64,000 nt of DNA from Rhodospirillales bacterium (lineage in GTDB: Bacteria; Pseudomonadota; Alphaproteobacteria; Rhodospirillales; JANQFP01): contig JANQFP010000028.1 of assembly GCA_028277795.1 (NCBI GenBank), positions 1,273-65,272 of the forward strand. The letters run 5' to 3'. A program made the translations under genes and the position numbers. Each line of letters starts with the position of its first letter. Positions within the stretch are counted from its first letter, which is position 1. Under the pieces are notes generated by a model. It did no database searches. It worked only from the letters and a program-made list of their open reading frames with translations, and was not told the DNA's origin. Positions 63,681 to 64,000 of this stretch are shown here, in pieces.

Positions 63681-64000
63681 ATGCTCGAGCAGAACTTTCG
63701 AAAGATCGACTTGAACCTGCTCATCGTTCTCAGGAGCCTCTTGGCGACATCGAATGTCGGGCAGACGGCGAAGCTGCTCGGCATGAGCCAACCCGCGACG
63801 AGCCGGGCGCTGGCGTCGCTGCGCGAGCTCTTCGACGATCGCCTGTTCGTGAAGAGCGGATCAAAGATGAAGCCGACACCGCGCGCGCTGGAGCTGCGCG
63901 AACCCCTGGAGGACGTCCTTTCCGGCGTCCTGCGCGTCCTCGAGCCGGCGGCCATGTTCGACCCCGCGTCGTCGCAGCGCCGGTTCCGCATGGCGACGAC
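63681..64000 (+). CDS. LysR-family transcriptional regulator, N-terminal part (3' end outside window)
   Basis: This gene is not in the ORF track because no stop lies in the window. My translation is MLEQNFRKIDLNLLIVLRSLLATSNVGQTAKLLGMSQPATSRALASLRELFDDRLFVKSG…, with GGAGAGGGG upstream of the ATG. Confidence 0.75.
   Translation, partial: MLEQNFRKIDLNLLIVLRSLLATSNVGQTAKLLGMSQPATSRALASLRELFDDRLFVKSGSKMKPTPRALELREPLEDVLSGVLRVLEPAAMFDPASSQRRFRMAT

Noticed and set aside
63620-63991. 123-aa minus-strand ORF
   Set aside because: It is antisense to a clear LysR-type HTH reading frame that starts at 63681 and runs off the window.

Overview
This is a visibly GC-rich bacterial chromosomal segment. The gene order recG / sdhE-mfd and the mreBCD-mrdA-rodA block look alphaproteobacterial, possibly Rhodospirillales-like, but that placement is inference only. 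All calls come from reading the supplied ORF translations and the DNA by eye; no database search or folding program was run, and start codons are often uncertain because GC-rich DNA produces long spurious and extended ORFs.

Housekeeping content:
- tRNA-Lys(CTT)
- rodA-mrdA-mreDCB
- leuA
- pcm plus a membrane spermidine-synthase-like protein
- recG, sdhE, mfd

Accessory content:
1. A putative integrated element or remnant next to tRNA-Lys, with a rolling-circle Rep, an AlpA-like HTH and a dense GTTAAC iteron cluster.
2. A DsrE / haem-DUF3365 / TusA / thioredoxin cluster.
3. c-di-GMP proteins and an orphan fliG.
4. An exported caspase-FGE fusion protein beside a scarred intergenic zone.
5. A two-gene MscS-channel plus domain-only lantibiotic-dehydratase (small LanB / PEARL-like) unit with no visible RiPP partners. 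I consider this the most interesting candidate.
6. A large C-P lyase phosphonate locus (phnCDE, phnF, phnGHIJKL, phnM). It has three PhnM paralogues (one frameshifted), an embedded EEP-family phosphoesterase, a methyltransferase, acyltransferases, and a 22-bp perfect inverted-repeat element.
7. A MazEF/PemK-type toxin-antitoxin pair, a Vgb-like propeller, a Kelch propeller and a partial LysR gene.

No CRISPR array, rRNA, transposase or integrase was recognised.
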